The position numbers and the translations under genes were made by a program. A DNA stretch of 63,648 bases, the filler included, from Hyphochytrium catenoides (taxonomy: Eukaryota; Protista; Hyphochytriomycota), in the NCBI GenBank assembly GCA_900088475.1. It is 7 parts of 7 records of this genome, joined end to end, with 100 filler letters (N's around TTAATTAATTAA, not from the genome) between each part and the next. Parts side by side here need not be neighbours in the genome. Positions count along the whole stretch, not along the records: positions 37,796 to 55,068 come from FLMG01000636.1; positions 55,169 to 56,726 come from FLMG01003470.1; positions 56,827 to 59,975 come from FLMG01004417.1; positions 60,076 to 63,648 come from FLMG01003523.1; 3 more parts are not named here. One strand, written 5' to 3'. Position 1 is the first letter of the stretch. Each line of letters opens with the position of its first letter. The notes beneath the pieces are model-generated. The model was not told the DNA's origin. It did not search any database and saw nothing but the letters and a program-made list of their open reading frames with translations. Below, piece after piece: positions 52,497 to 63,240 of this stretch.

Positions 52497-52752
52497 GCAG
52501 ATAAACGTAAGACAATGGGAGCGGAGAAAAAGTGTACACCGTGAGATCACAGCCAGTGTAAGAACGAGCACGGAGGGAGAAGAAGCCGTCCAGCGTTGTT
52601 GATAGATTCTCCCTCAGATGACAGATGAGAGACAGGCAATAAGGTATCGTACAGCAAGGGCAGCCAACCACCAACAAAAGCACCAACAACACCTCCCATT
52701 TCTCTCCTCTCTGGGTCCTACCTGTCTCTCAACGGCGGAGCTCTAATATCTC

Positions 52753-54693
52753 TCAATACGAGGGAAAAGAAGGATCGACGCTTGCAGCCCACGCCTGTAT
52801 CCCACCTCGGACATTTCTGATGCAATCGAGGCCTTGCTCTCTAAGCAGCTTCGTCGCGCGGACTGAGTCTATCCCTCTCCTGCACATGACGTAGACTATA
52901 CCAAGCAAGAGGACGAGGCATAGCCACCATAGAAGAAAGAGAGTCCTGGTTAAAGCCAGAATGAGTCTGGATTGCCGGGACCGTCGGAGACATAGGACCA
53001 GACGTCTGAAAGGAAGGCACGCAATCTCTCTATCTCTCTCCAACTTCCTGCTCTTGTCATCTGCAATGGTCTCTTACCTGGTTTGCCTTGCGAAGCCGCT
53101 TGTTCAACCATCTGACGAGCCTCCGGTCGGTCTCGCAGTTCTGTGTATGGAACATTCACGGCGCCGGGTAGAGAGGAGAGAGAGAACTGAAGGCGACTTC
53201 TGACATCTAATAGGAGATGCGGACGCTCCGCGATAACGGCCTCTGCATATTCCTAGCACGAGTGGCAATGGAAGTTCGGAGTCTGTTATTCTCTCTGAGC
53301 GCTATCAGTATCGGACGGTTCAACGTAACTCATATGTATACCCTATCTCTCTCTCCACCTTCCTCGCTATATCTCCATTCCCTTCGTCATTTGAGAGAGG
53401 CTGTTATCCGTGTAGGTAAGGGTGAGGCTCCCAGGTGACCATCGACCAGCCCCGTTTTTCTCAAATTGGCTAGCTTTCCCCAGTGCCTACCTGGCAGCTA
53501 ACACTCTCGGCATCCTTCAGCTCCTCCTTGCGAGGTGTTGCGCAGAGAAAAGACTTAGTGGATGCCGAAAGAGAAGTGATGGTAGGGTTGTCTCCACATA
53601 CAGCACAGTCTCTCGACCGAGGAGCGAGCTGAACCCGATGTGCAAATGCCCATTAGTAATGCAGAGGCAGGGGTAACACTCTTCGCAACGAAGACCAACA
53701 GAAACAAGACCAGAAGGCTAGTATGAACCAGATGAAGAGTTTGTTAGGTTTGGCCGCTATCGTAAGAGAGAGAGGGAGGACGAAAAGGAAGAGATAAACC
53801 CCTTGAGAGGCACTATCGACCTTGAACTCGCTGAATTTGCCGAACTCAGCGTCGAAGAATAGCTGTCTTCCGCTCAAAACCCCTCCTTCCTCGACTCCCA
53901 AGCCGGTGATAATCTTTATTACTTCTATGGCCTGCAGACAGCCGATCACTCCTGGCACCATCCCTAGTACTCCGTTGTTCGAGCAGTCACCCAGGAGAAC
54001 GGCAGGAGGGGGAGAAGGGTAAAGACAGCGGTAACAGGCGCTTCCTCTAAAGTTGAAGACAGAAATCTGTCCCTCCAGTCCTACGGCACTTCCAGAGACG
54101 AGTGGCTTCTTATAGAGGACGCAGGCATCATTTATCAGATATCGTGTCTAAGAGGCGGAAGATTGATTGTGAGAGGTGTAAGGCAAGGCAGGCTTGTCAG
54201 TCAATCGGGACACGGAGAGCAAAGCTTGGGCACACATGTAGATAGAGCCCCAACCGGTCGCCGTGACAACTTTAACAAGACAATGAGAAGGTAAAAGAAA
54301 CAAAAGAGGGATCTCGACAGCTAGCGCACCCCATAGAGAGGCTCAGCGGGTATAGACCCATCCCACCGGTCGGGCCTCTCTCTCCTGATTGTTTGTTCCC
54401 CCTGGCTAAGGCTGTCTTCACCCACAAACACTTTGTCTCCTCTTCGGTCTCATGCAGCATCCACGGAACAGACTGGCTCATCCTTTCTCTTTCATTCCGT
54501 CCGCCCAAAGCAGTACCTGTGGATTATCGGTTGCGTCTACGACAATGTCATAGTCCGTCACAATGGATTCGGCAGTCTCAGCGCTAAACCTGACATTGTG
54601 CACCACGCATTGAGCTAAAGGATTCAACGCTCGGATGGAAGTCGCGGCAGAGTCGACTTTGAGAACTCCTTGTCGATCGTTTGTGTGGATGAT
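52753..54693 (-). CDS. MOCS3: MOCS3/UBA4 adenylyltransferase-sulfurtransferase, 5'-partial (contig end)
   Basis: YDIVVDATDNPQ|TRYLINDACVL..VSGSAVGLEGQISVF..CYRCLYP..GVLGMVPGVIGCLQAIEVIK (ThiF/MoeB) and rhodanese VYVMCRRGIDS..GGIQAWAASVDPSFPSY*. Confidence 0.95.
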
Positions 54694-55068
54694 CTATAAG
54701 ACAAGTGGGTTTATGACGAGAGCGACAGGGAGAGAGAGCGCGCGGGAGAGTGAGTGTGTGAAAGCGAGAGGGAAGAGAGCGGAAGTAGGAAGTGCAAACA
54801 GCGAACCACCGTGCGAGAGAGAAGGTATACTCATCTATATCTATGATCGTGTCAGGAGGGGACAGCTTAGACAAGGGAACGGAGGAGGAGCAATAAGTAA
54901 AAGAAGTGATGGAAAGAGAGGAAGCGGAGAGCTTAAGATGGGGCATGAGAGAAACATATAGTGCGAAAAAGGAGTGAGGTAGAGAGAGGACTAAGAGGAA
55001 AGAAGAGCACCACACAGAATGACCAAGGTCAGGAGAAAGGACTACGTTCTTAGGAAAAGAAAGGGAGA

Positions 55069-55168
55069 NNNNNNNNNNNNNNNNNNNNNNNNNNNNNNNN
55101 NNNNNNNNNNNNTTAATTAATTAANNNNNNNNNNNNNNNNNNNNNNNNNNNNNNNNNNNNNNNNNNNN
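55069..55168. other. Artificial contig-join spacer
   Basis: N44-TTAATTAATTAA-N44. Confidence 0.97.
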
Positions 55169-55361
55169 ATTCATTGACTTGGTACATTTAACGCTCTCAT
55201 TACAAAGCAGGAGCGCCTCGTCCGTCTTATTAATAGGGAATAAGGTGAAAGAAAGAAAGAAAGTAAACATTTAAAAGAGCATCGCTTCTATCCGCATCGC
55301 TCTCTTTGGAAGGTCTAACAAAGTAACTGCTGTTCAAGCCTTAGATATCTCCTAAAAGCAT

Positions 55362-56723
55362 TTAGCGTGCTCTCATCCGTCGGTTGTTATTACGGCCTCC
55401 TCTCCCTCCGCCAGTCTTTGCTCCACCACCGTTCTTCTGCTGCTGCTGGCCTCCGTTCTTAGCTCCGCCTCCGCCATTCTTGGCACCTGCGGCGCCATCC
55501 TTTGCACCTCCACCTCCTGCCTGCTTAGCAGTGCCCTTCTTTACAATGTTGATTCTAATGCAGTCATCTTGGCTTCCTCTCTGGGCCACGGGCATGATCA
55601 CTGGTTGATGACTTAGACTGCCGGTCATACTGCAGATTCTATGAACTCCAGTGCCAGTGATACCAGGAACATCGACGCTTAAAATGTTGTTCTGAGGAGG
55701 TCCATCCAGTCCCTTGAAAAATTTGAAGGCAGTAGGATCGGTGTTTTCGTCACCGTTAAGCTCCTCTAGGGCCACGTGTTGATGGCCCTGGATGAGACCC
55801 TGTCCGTTAAGAGTCTGAGGTGAGGCATAGTACTGGGTGTTGGGCTCACTGAAGAAGCCAAGCTCCATGTTGCGAGTCTTGACCGAAATTTTGAAGGGCG
55901 CGCCTTCTTCAATGTCACTGGAATCCTCTGGTTCGATGATTCTGGTGCTAACCATGTTCTCGACACGGGGAATGGCGCCTTGGACGGTCTCACTGCATGC
56001 CCCAGTACGGATCTGAGTGCCATCGCTCAGCTTTAAACCCTTCTGCTTAGCGCAGAAGCCAGCCCCTGCATTCTTGCCATTCTTCGCTGCAGCAGCCGTT
56101 GTCGGCGCTGCAGTGCCAGCATTCTTGCCATTCTTAGCCGCGGCAGTAGTAGGTGCAGCAGTTCCTCCATTGTTATTGTTTTTGCCATTCTTAGCCGCGG
56201 CAGTAGTAGGTGCAGCAGTTCCTCCATTGTTGTTGTTCTTGCCACCCCTAGCCGCTGCTGCCGTGGTTGGAGCAGCAGTGCCAGCATTCTTGGCAGGAGC
56301 TGTTGTGGCTGCATTATTGTTGTTCCTTCCTCCTCTTCCTCCCTGCTGCTGATTATTGTTCTGTTTGGCAGCAGCAGTTGTCGGAGCAGCAGTCTGCTGC
56401 TGGTTGCCTCCTCTGCCACCTTGCTGCGGGTTATTGTTTTGCTTGGCAGCAGCGGTGGTCGGAGCAGCCGTCTGCTGCTGCTTGCCTCCTCTGCCTCCTT
56501 GCTGCTGGTTATTGTTTTGCTTCGCAGCAGCAGTGGTAGGCGCCGCTGTCTGCTGCTGTCTTCCTCCAGCTGTAGTCGGCGCGGCAGTGCCGTCGCCCCT
56601 GCCGCCACCTCTCTGTTGTCTCAGGCCATCACGCTGCTGGGCCTCTACAGTTAGCGAGGAGAAACCAAGAAGCGCAATTAGCAAAGAGAGAAGGAGAACT
56701 GCAAGAGAGAGACGAGACAGCAT
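55362..56723 (-). CDS. Secreted protein (453 aa): signal peptide, 8 TAAPTTA repeats with Q/N/G-rich linkers, globular 4-Cys C-terminal domain; intronless
   Basis: Hydrophobic N-terminus ending VEA. Domain FC..DGTQIRTGACS..YYASPQTL..GHQHV..FKFFKGL..RICSM..SHQPVIMPVAQRGSQDDCIR. Confidence 0.9.
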   Translation of the reverse strand: MLSRLSLAVLLLSLLIALLGFSSLTVEAQQRDGLRQQRGGGRGDGTAAPTTAGGRQQQTAAPTTAAAKQNNNQQQGGRGGKQQQTAAPTTAAAKQNNNPQQGGRGGNQQQTAAPTTAAAKQNNNQQQGGRGGRNNNNAATTAPAKNAGTAAPTTAAAARGGKNNNNGGTAAPTTAAAKNGKNNNNGGTAAPTTAAAKNGKNAGTAAPTTAAAAKNGKNAGAGFCAKQKGLKLSDGTQIRTGACSETVQGAIPRVENMVSTRIIEPEDSSDIEEGAPFKISVKTRNMELGFFSEPNTQYYASPQTLNGQGLIQGHQHVALEELNGDENTDPTAFKFFKGLDGPPQNNILSVDVPGITGTGVHRICSMTGSLSHQPVIMPVAQRGSQDDCIRINIVKKGTAKQAGGGGAKDGAAGAKNGGGGAKNGGQQQQKNGGGAKTGGGRGGRNNNRRMRAR

Positions 56724-56726
56724 GAT

Positions 56727-56826
56727 NNNNNNNNNNNNNNNNNNNNNNNNNNNNNNNNNNNNNNNNNNNNTTAATTAATTAANNNNNNNNNNNNNNNNNN
56801 NNNNNNNNNNNNNNNNNNNNNNNNNN
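56727..56826. other. Artificial contig-join spacer
   Basis: N44-TTAATTAATTAA-N44. Confidence 0.97.
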
Positions 56827-56859
<33 letters not shown>

Positions 56860-57243
56860 TCCCCTCGGCCTCTCACTCAAAAGCATTCTGGCGATGGAGC
56901 GTGCGCTCTGGCTTTCCTCAGTCTTGGTATAGAGTACCGAGGTGATGGTCCAAGATTGGTTAAGTAGAGGGAATTTGTACAGCAAAAGAGAGAGAGATAG
57001 TGCGAAGGCATGAAAGAGAGAGAGAGAGAGAGAGAGCACATAGACCTAAGAATGTGGAAAGAATGGGACATAGTAAAGAGAGAGAAAAAGAAGAGAGTAA
57101 AGAGGCACTGCCTATGCGACAGAAAGGAGAAAGATAGCGGAACTGGGAAATCAAGAGAGAGAGAGAGAAAAGAAGTAGAGATGAGAGAGGTAGGAGAGGT
57201 ATTGACAAAAAGATGATAGGGACAGCGGAGAAGGAAAGGAGAG

Positions 57244-57292
<49 letters not shown>

Positions 57293-57341
57293 AAGAAAGA
57301 GAAAGAGGGCGCCCGAGAGAGAGAGAAGGGGCACCGAGACC

Positions 57342-57493
57342 CTAGTTCATCTTGTCTTTCATGGCCTGACGAAGAAGCCTCTCTGCTGAGGTGTCGATGC
57401 AACGCTGAAGCCTTCTGAGCGCCACTTCCATCTCTTTCTCCCTTCCATCAGCACGGAGCAGCTCCATCCACTCGTGAGTAGCACTGCAAGAAG

Positions 57494-57536
<43 letters not shown>

Positions 57537-58015
57537 AGAGAGAGAGAGAGAGAAAGGGAAGAGCAAACGTTGTGGGTCAGACTAGGGAGAAAGAAGAGAG
57601 AGAGAAGGAGAAAGAAAAACGCAAACGCCAGAGAGAGAGAAAGGGAGTGCAAGAAATAGAGAAGGAGAGAAAGAGAGGGAGAGATTGCGAGGACAACCAC
57701 AGAAAGTCTGAATAGCCAGTAAAAAGAAGAGACGAGAGAGACAAACCTGGGGCATGCATGCGTGCTCAAGCAGAGCATATTCTGCAGCGCATGTTTCCGC
57801 ATTTGTTCGCCCTCTTCGCCGGCATTGAGCCCTTCCTTGAACTCGGGAGAGGCGCAAATCCACATGCCTTTGAAGCAGTTTGCTACTGTCTCTTCCTGAG
57901 CCTCAGCTAGATAACTAATCTCTTTCTCTGTGAATCGCCCGTCCGCAAGGGCTTTTTGAAAGATCAGGAGTGGCTTGACGTTAGGGAAAGCCAGCGGACG
58001 CCGACCCTCAGCCAT
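57342..58015 (-). CDS. Small helical hypothetical protein, 2 exons
   Basis: MAEGRRPLAFPN...NMLCLSTHACP|SATHEWMELL...RRLQRCIDTSAERLLRQAMKDKMN*, with an in-phase GT-AG intron rich in (CT)n. Confidence 0.7.
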
Positions 58016-58905
58016 GATATATTACTCTCCTTTCTAGGGAGAAATGGAGTCTCGGCTCTCGTTGACAAAGCTATCCTCTAGTCGAACGACAGCACCTGCG
58101 GACCCTTTGACCTTTGGCGTGTCTGGTCGAAAAAGCTCCGTTGATCGGTGGCTCAGCGCTATTTTGGAGCTCTGTCAATCGTGTCCGAAGCTTCAGAATT
58201 CGACTTTCAGGTGAAGATTTTATCTGCTGCTTGGCAAAAATGGCTTTACTTCACAAGTAGTGAATGATAGCTGCCAAATATGTTGCCACCTTGTCTCATT
58301 TGACTAATAAGAATTGCTAAAATGGGATTCCCGTTAATTGACAAGTGTTTGTCAAGATTAGTTGTGAATATGGGAGCATATATTGCGAAGATTCAACATC
58401 AAAGAGCTGGGCACCAAGGTAGAGCTTCTCAGAGTAAGAGAGAGAGAGAGAGAGAGAGNNNNNNNNNNNNNNNNNNNNNNNNNNNNNNNNNNNNNNNNNN
58501 NAGAAGGAGCCGAAGAAGACAACAACAAAAGAGAAGACCAAAGAGGTAGGCGACAGAGGCAGAGAGACAGGTGCGTGAGAGAGAGAGAGAGTAAAAGACC
58601 GGGCAAGAAGAAGGATGAGAAAGCGGAGCCGAGAGGAAATTGGTTGTACAGGCAGAAAGAAAGAACGAGCGAGTGAGAGCGAGAGAGAACGGTTGAAAGC
58701 ACCAGAGCTACGGCGATCTAAGGCTCCAAAGCGCGTATAAGATTAGGAGTTAGAGAGCAGATGCGAGTAGAGAGAGAAACGAGAGAGACAAGCGTCTCCT
58801 AAACATCTTCCCTTTGTCCGACGGCCACACACAATCCTATCTCTCTCTTTGCTCTCTCTCTCTCTCTCACTGTCTTTCTGTCTCTCTATCTCTCCGCGTT
58901 CAGCC

Positions 58906-59970
58906 TCACTGGAAGGCGCCGAGGATATTCTTACGCTTGTAGAAGAGAGTCTTCTTCTTCGCAGACACAGCCTCGCTGCCCACCAGCCCTTCCAGACGCG
59001 CTACCTCCTGCTCTACGTACGCAGAGCCTTTCTCTGCAATCTTCTTCGCAATGCCAAGATAGAGCTTGCCATGCGCCTTCTCCTCTGCACTGGTGAGCTT
59101 CTCCACGGCCTCTTTAAGAAGCTTGACCACCGCAGCATCTACCTTCTTCCCGCTGATGAGCTGATCCAACGTCTCTATTCTGCCAGCCTCTGCCGTCAAG
59201 CCTCCGTCTGCCGTTCTCTTGGTGCCAGTCTTCTCATTGACAAACTTCACCAGATCTTCGAGCTCTCTGGGCCCGCTGTAAGGCTCAGGATTGCTCCTGT
59301 CGCCGCCCTTAGGGAACCATTTGAGCGTAGGGAAGCCCTGCACGCCGAATCGTCCTCCCAGGTCTCTCTCCTTGTCTGCGTCCACCTTGGCGATGATCAC
59401 ATCTTCTTCTCCGCTGAAGACAGTGCCTAGCTTCTCCCATTTAGGCGCTAGGCTCTTGCAGTGTCCGCACCAAGGCGCGTAGAACTCTACGAAGACGTGC
59501 TTGCTTGGATCGTCGTCCACCAGGCTCTTGAAGGAAGAAGGCGTGAGCGCAACGACGTCCGAAGGCTCTCCTTTCAGCTGTCTCCGGACGCCTGTCTTCT
59601 CATTGACCCAGTCCACGATAGACTCTGCCGTTCTTCCGCCTCCAAACTCTTCCGGAGTCGTGGAGCCCTTAGGAAACCACTTCAGCGTAGGGAAGCCTTG
59701 GATGCCGTACTTGCTCCCAAGATCTCTCTCTGCATCAGCGTCAACCTTCGCAATAACCACGCCATCGGAGGCTTTATAATGCTTTCCGACGCGCTCATAC
59801 TCTGGCGCCAAGTTCTTGCAGTGTCCGCACCACGGGGCGTAAAACTCTACCAAGACATTCTGCTTGCCGTCCACAATGTCATCGAAGTTGCCCTTGTCCA
59901 ACGCGATGACATCCGCGTTGGCTTTGAGAAAAGAGAGAGAGAAAACGAAGAGAGAAGCGACAATCTTCAT
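58906..59970 (-). CDS. Protein disulfide isomerase of a-a'-D (ERp38/ERp29-C) type, intronless
   Basis: Signal peptide, two EFYAPWCGHCK thioredoxin domains and a C-terminal helical domain (KLYLGIAKKIAEKGSAYVEQEVARL..KRKNILGAF). No KDEL/HDEL. Confidence 0.96.
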   Translation of the reverse strand: MKIVASLFVFSLSFLKANADVIALDKGNFDDIVDGKQNVLVEFYAPWCGHCKNLAPEYERVGKHYKASDGVVIAKVDADAERDLGSKYGIQGFPTLKWFPKGSTTPEEFGGGRTAESIVDWVNEKTGVRRQLKGEPSDVVALTPSSFKSLVDDDPSKHVFVEFYAPWCGHCKSLAPKWEKLGTVFSGEEDVIIAKVDADKERDLGGRFGVQGFPTLKWFPKGGDRSNPEPYSGPRELEDLVKFVNEKTGTKRTADGGLTAEAGRIETLDQLISGKKVDAAVVKLLKEAVEKLTSAEEKAHGKLYLGIAKKIAEKGSAYVEQEVARLEGLVGSEAVSAKKKTLFYKRKNILGAFQ

Positions 59971-59975
59971 TATTG

Positions 59976-60075
59976 NNNNNNNNNNNNNNNNNNNNNNNNN
60001 NNNNNNNNNNNNNNNNNNNTTAATTAATTAANNNNNNNNNNNNNNNNNNNNNNNNNNNNNNNNNNNNNNNNNNNN
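59976..60075. other. Artificial contig-join spacer
   Basis: N44-TTAATTAATTAA-N44. Confidence 0.97.
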
Positions 60076-60622
60076 GGACTTCAGCTCTTTCTTCTTCTTC
60101 CTGTCCTTGGTCCCTTCATAGGCACGCTTGGCACTCTTCAGCTCTCCTTGGTCTTCCGCCGCCAGATCCTTTGTGATCTTAACCTGTCTAGTGATGAGGA
60201 AACGACCCAGCTCAAGGAACATCATGAAGAGAAGAGAGTAGCCAAAGACTTCTCTCCCGGTCTTGAAGCGGTCAATAAGCTTGTCCGTGAGCTTCAGCTC
60301 GGCCTATGGAGACCGAGAAATGAGAGAAAGGGAGAGAGAGTCAGATTAGTACCCGACGGCAAGACGGACTAGCGCAGAGAGGGAAAGCTTGGCATGCAGA
60401 AGTAACGCGAGGTGAGATGGAGAAGAGAAGGAGAACAGGAGAAAAAGAGAGCAAGAGAGAGGTCGGCTGTTGTGAGGTCTCAGCAAGAGGGCATGCAAAA
60501 AAAGCCGCTCTCTTTCATTTTGCTTCTACGCTTTTCCTTTCGAAACGAATAGCCAATAGGCTAAAGAGAGCTGGACAAAGCTAAGAAGGAAGCGGGACGG
60601 GAAAAGATAGATATAGAGGAGA

Positions 60623-60678
<56 letters not shown>

Positions 60679-61044
60679 CTTGTGTTCTACGAGAAACTCA
60701 TCAAGTCTGTCCTGCATGCCCATTATGGTGATGCCAAGCACCAGCTCGGAGACACCGAGCAGCAGACCCAACCAGGCAGAGAAGGCAAGCCAGCAGCTCA
60801 TAGACTTGGAGCTCTCACCGTGCCAGCTAAAGAGAAAGAGCGAAGAGAGAAAGAGAGTAAGAAAGAGAAGAGGTAGACACGCAAGAGCTACTTTCGCCAT
60901 TTAGAGAAGATGCACTGACCACCTATCCGAAGATGGCAGATAAGTGCGAAACAGAATCGAGAAGACGGAAGAGAGAGAAAGAGGGAGACGCAAGAAGACT
61001 CAACAGTAAGAGCTTGCATAAAGGCCAAACATGATATCCACGAG

Positions 61045-61096
<52 letters not shown>

Positions 61097-61326
61097 AGAG
61101 AGAGAAGAGAAGGAAGATAGTCAACTGCTTACCTAGTAACTGCCACAATGGCGAAGAGAAAGCCGAGGTAGAAGATCATGCCGTACATCCATGGCGGAGC
61201 ATAAGCATTACCCGCCAGGAAGGAGGCGTAAGAGATGAAGATGATCGCCAGACAGCCGTCCAGGACATTGAGGAGGAAGAGATAGAGATTTCTATAGCAC
61301 TTGCCCAGCGCCGCACAGAGCCCCAT
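60076..61326 (-). CDS. Four-TM (tetraspanin-like topology) membrane protein, 3 exons seen, 3'-partial
   Basis: MGLCAALGKCYRNLYLFLLNVLDGCLAIIF..FLFAIVAVT|SWHGESSKSMSCWLAFSAWLGLLLGVSELVLGITI..EHK|AELKLTDK..FGYSLLFMMFLELGRF: four hydrophobic segments. No CCG motif seen. Confidence 0.7.
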
Positions 61327-61519
61327 CCTTAACTTTAGGCAAGGAAGCTTCAGAAAAGCTTCAGTTTCAATCTGCAGATGTAGAGCTCTGAAGCTTTCAG
61401 ACGATAAAAGAATGACTTTCCTGTCGATGTTCAAATGAAGATTGACGCTGAGCCGATGATGTGTCCAAACGGTATGAGAAAGTGGGAAGCGTGAAGAAGG
61501 ATGAGAGACGAGAGAAAAC

Positions 61520-61559
<40 letters not shown>

Positions 61560-61814
61560 GAGAGAGAGAGAGAGGGACCGAGAGAGAGAGAGAGAAGGAA
61601 CACAACCGAACCACGCCCTTCAGGGCCTCGAAGAGGTAGGGAGCTATGTTCATCCGCTATTTTTGGCTCACATCTCTCTCCGCTCTTATCTCTCTCCTCC
61701 CTTGCTGGCTTCACTGCCTGACCTGCCGCCACGGTCCTCCCTTCCTCTGTCTGGCCTCGTTGGCTGCATCTTAGAGCAGGGCTTTAGGTCTCTTTGCTTT
61801 TCTGGCTTTCTGCC

Positions 61815-62212
61815 TTTCTCTCTCTCTCTCTCTCTCTCTCCCTTGCTCCTTGTCCCGCTGCGCTCAGTCTCTCTCTCTCTCCTTCTGCTACCTCGTAACC
61901 TTCTCACTGGCTTCATTTCTCCCTTTTTTCTCTCTCCTCTCTTGGTTGTCTCTCCCTCCCTTCTCTCTCTCTCTCGCGTGCCCGCTCTCACACTCTCTCT
62001 CTCACACACTCTCTCCCTCACTCTCTCTCTCGGTCTCTCTCTCACTCTCTTGCTCTCTCTTCCTCTCTTTCTCTCTCTGTGTCTCTCTCTCTTCCTCTCT
62101 TTCTCTCTCTCTCTCACTCTCTCTCTCTCTTCCTCTCTTCCTCTCTTTCTCTCTGCGTCTCTCTGTCTCTCTCTCTCTACATCTCTTTCTCTCTCTCTCT
62201 CTCTCTTCTCTG
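61815..62212 (+). repeat. Long imperfect (CT)n polypyrimidine tract
   Basis: About 400 bp made almost entirely of C/T. Confidence 0.95.
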
Positions 62213-62654
62213 TCGATTCCCCATGAGTAACCGACCACCAAGAGAGCACCTCTGAAACCAACGTACAGCCCCTAACGGCTAGTAATACGTTGAACTTTTT
62301 TCGAACGGACTACCTATACAATAAACACGGGCCATTGCATACTACTACAACTTTATTTATTTCAAATAATAGCATCTAACTCTGGAGACAGTACTCTGTA
62401 GTACAGTACAGCACGTATTAACTTGACCGTACATCTACCTGCGTACAGACGCTACATGTACTATGGTGCAGTCTGGAATCTGAATGACCTTTATTATTGA
62501 TATTGTCGCCATTTCCCCTTCCCTCCCCTGCCTGTTCATACTGAGTCGTCCCTTCTGCTCTCTTTGTCTGTATATTCTGTTTGTCTTTCTCTATGATTAT
62601 CTGCCCTGCATTTGTACCTCTAGCGCTCCCTTGGCTGTCTTTTCGGCTTTTATA

Positions 62655-63035
62655 TTGACCTATGAAGGATGTACTCTCTACTTTTCTATTATGTAGATTC
62701 TTAGATTTTATAAAGAATTGTTGACCTAAGGCTGTACTCTCTACTTTTCTATTATGTAGATTCTTAGATTTTATAAAGAATTATTGACCTAAAGCTGTAG
62801 TCTCTACTTTTCTATTATGTAGATTCCTAGATTTTATAAAGATTTATTGACCTAAGGCTGTACTCTCTACTTTTCTGTTATGTAGATTTTTAGATTTTAT
62901 TAAGAATTATTGACCTAAGGCTGTACTCTCTACTTTTCTGTTAGGTAGATTTTTAGATTTTATTAAGAATTATTGACCTAAGGCTGTACTCTCTCCTTTT
63001 CTATTATGTAGATTCTTAGATTTTATAAAGATTAA
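62655..63035. repeat. AT-rich minisatellite, 6 copies of a 63-bp unit (first copy 66 bp)
   Basis: TTGACCTAAGGCTGTACTCTCTACTTTTCTATTATGTAGATTCTTAGATTTTATAAAGAATTA, with units starting at 62655, 62721, 62784, 62847, 62910 and 62973. Confidence 0.97.
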
Positions 63036-63039
63036 TTGG

Positions 63040-63240
63040 ACCCTGCTGGCTCTTGCTTGCCTGGTAGAGTGCAATGTTGATGGCCTCGGCGTCTTGACAA
63101 ACTTCTTCTCCTCCTCCTTCTCCTATCGTCATCGTTGAGGAATTCAATTGTGATTCTTCTTCCCCTTCTGATAACTGTGTTGGAAGAGACAAGCAGTCGA
63201 AGAGACCAAGACTTTGTAGCTCTTGTCTTCTATTGCTACT
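63040..63240 (-). repeat. Dispersed repeat family, copy C
   Basis: Minus strand reads CAAAGTCTTGGTCTCTTC...GAATCACAATTGAATTCCTC...CAAGCAAGAG. Confidence 0.75.

Noticed and set aside
58849-60027. Long + strand ORFs overlapping PDI (similar antisense ORFs overlap the secreted and PWWP genes)
   Set aside because: They are antisense shadows of real CDSs with no independent motifs.
61501-62261. Long Leu/Ser-rich and Arg/Glu-rich ORFs here and throughout the ORF track
   Set aside because: They are translations of (CT)n/(GA)n tracts, which lack stop codons by composition.
62655-63035. Regular repeat array as a CRISPR-like locus
   Set aside because: Units are contiguous near-identical 63-mers with no unique spacers, there are no cas genes, and the context is eukaryotic.
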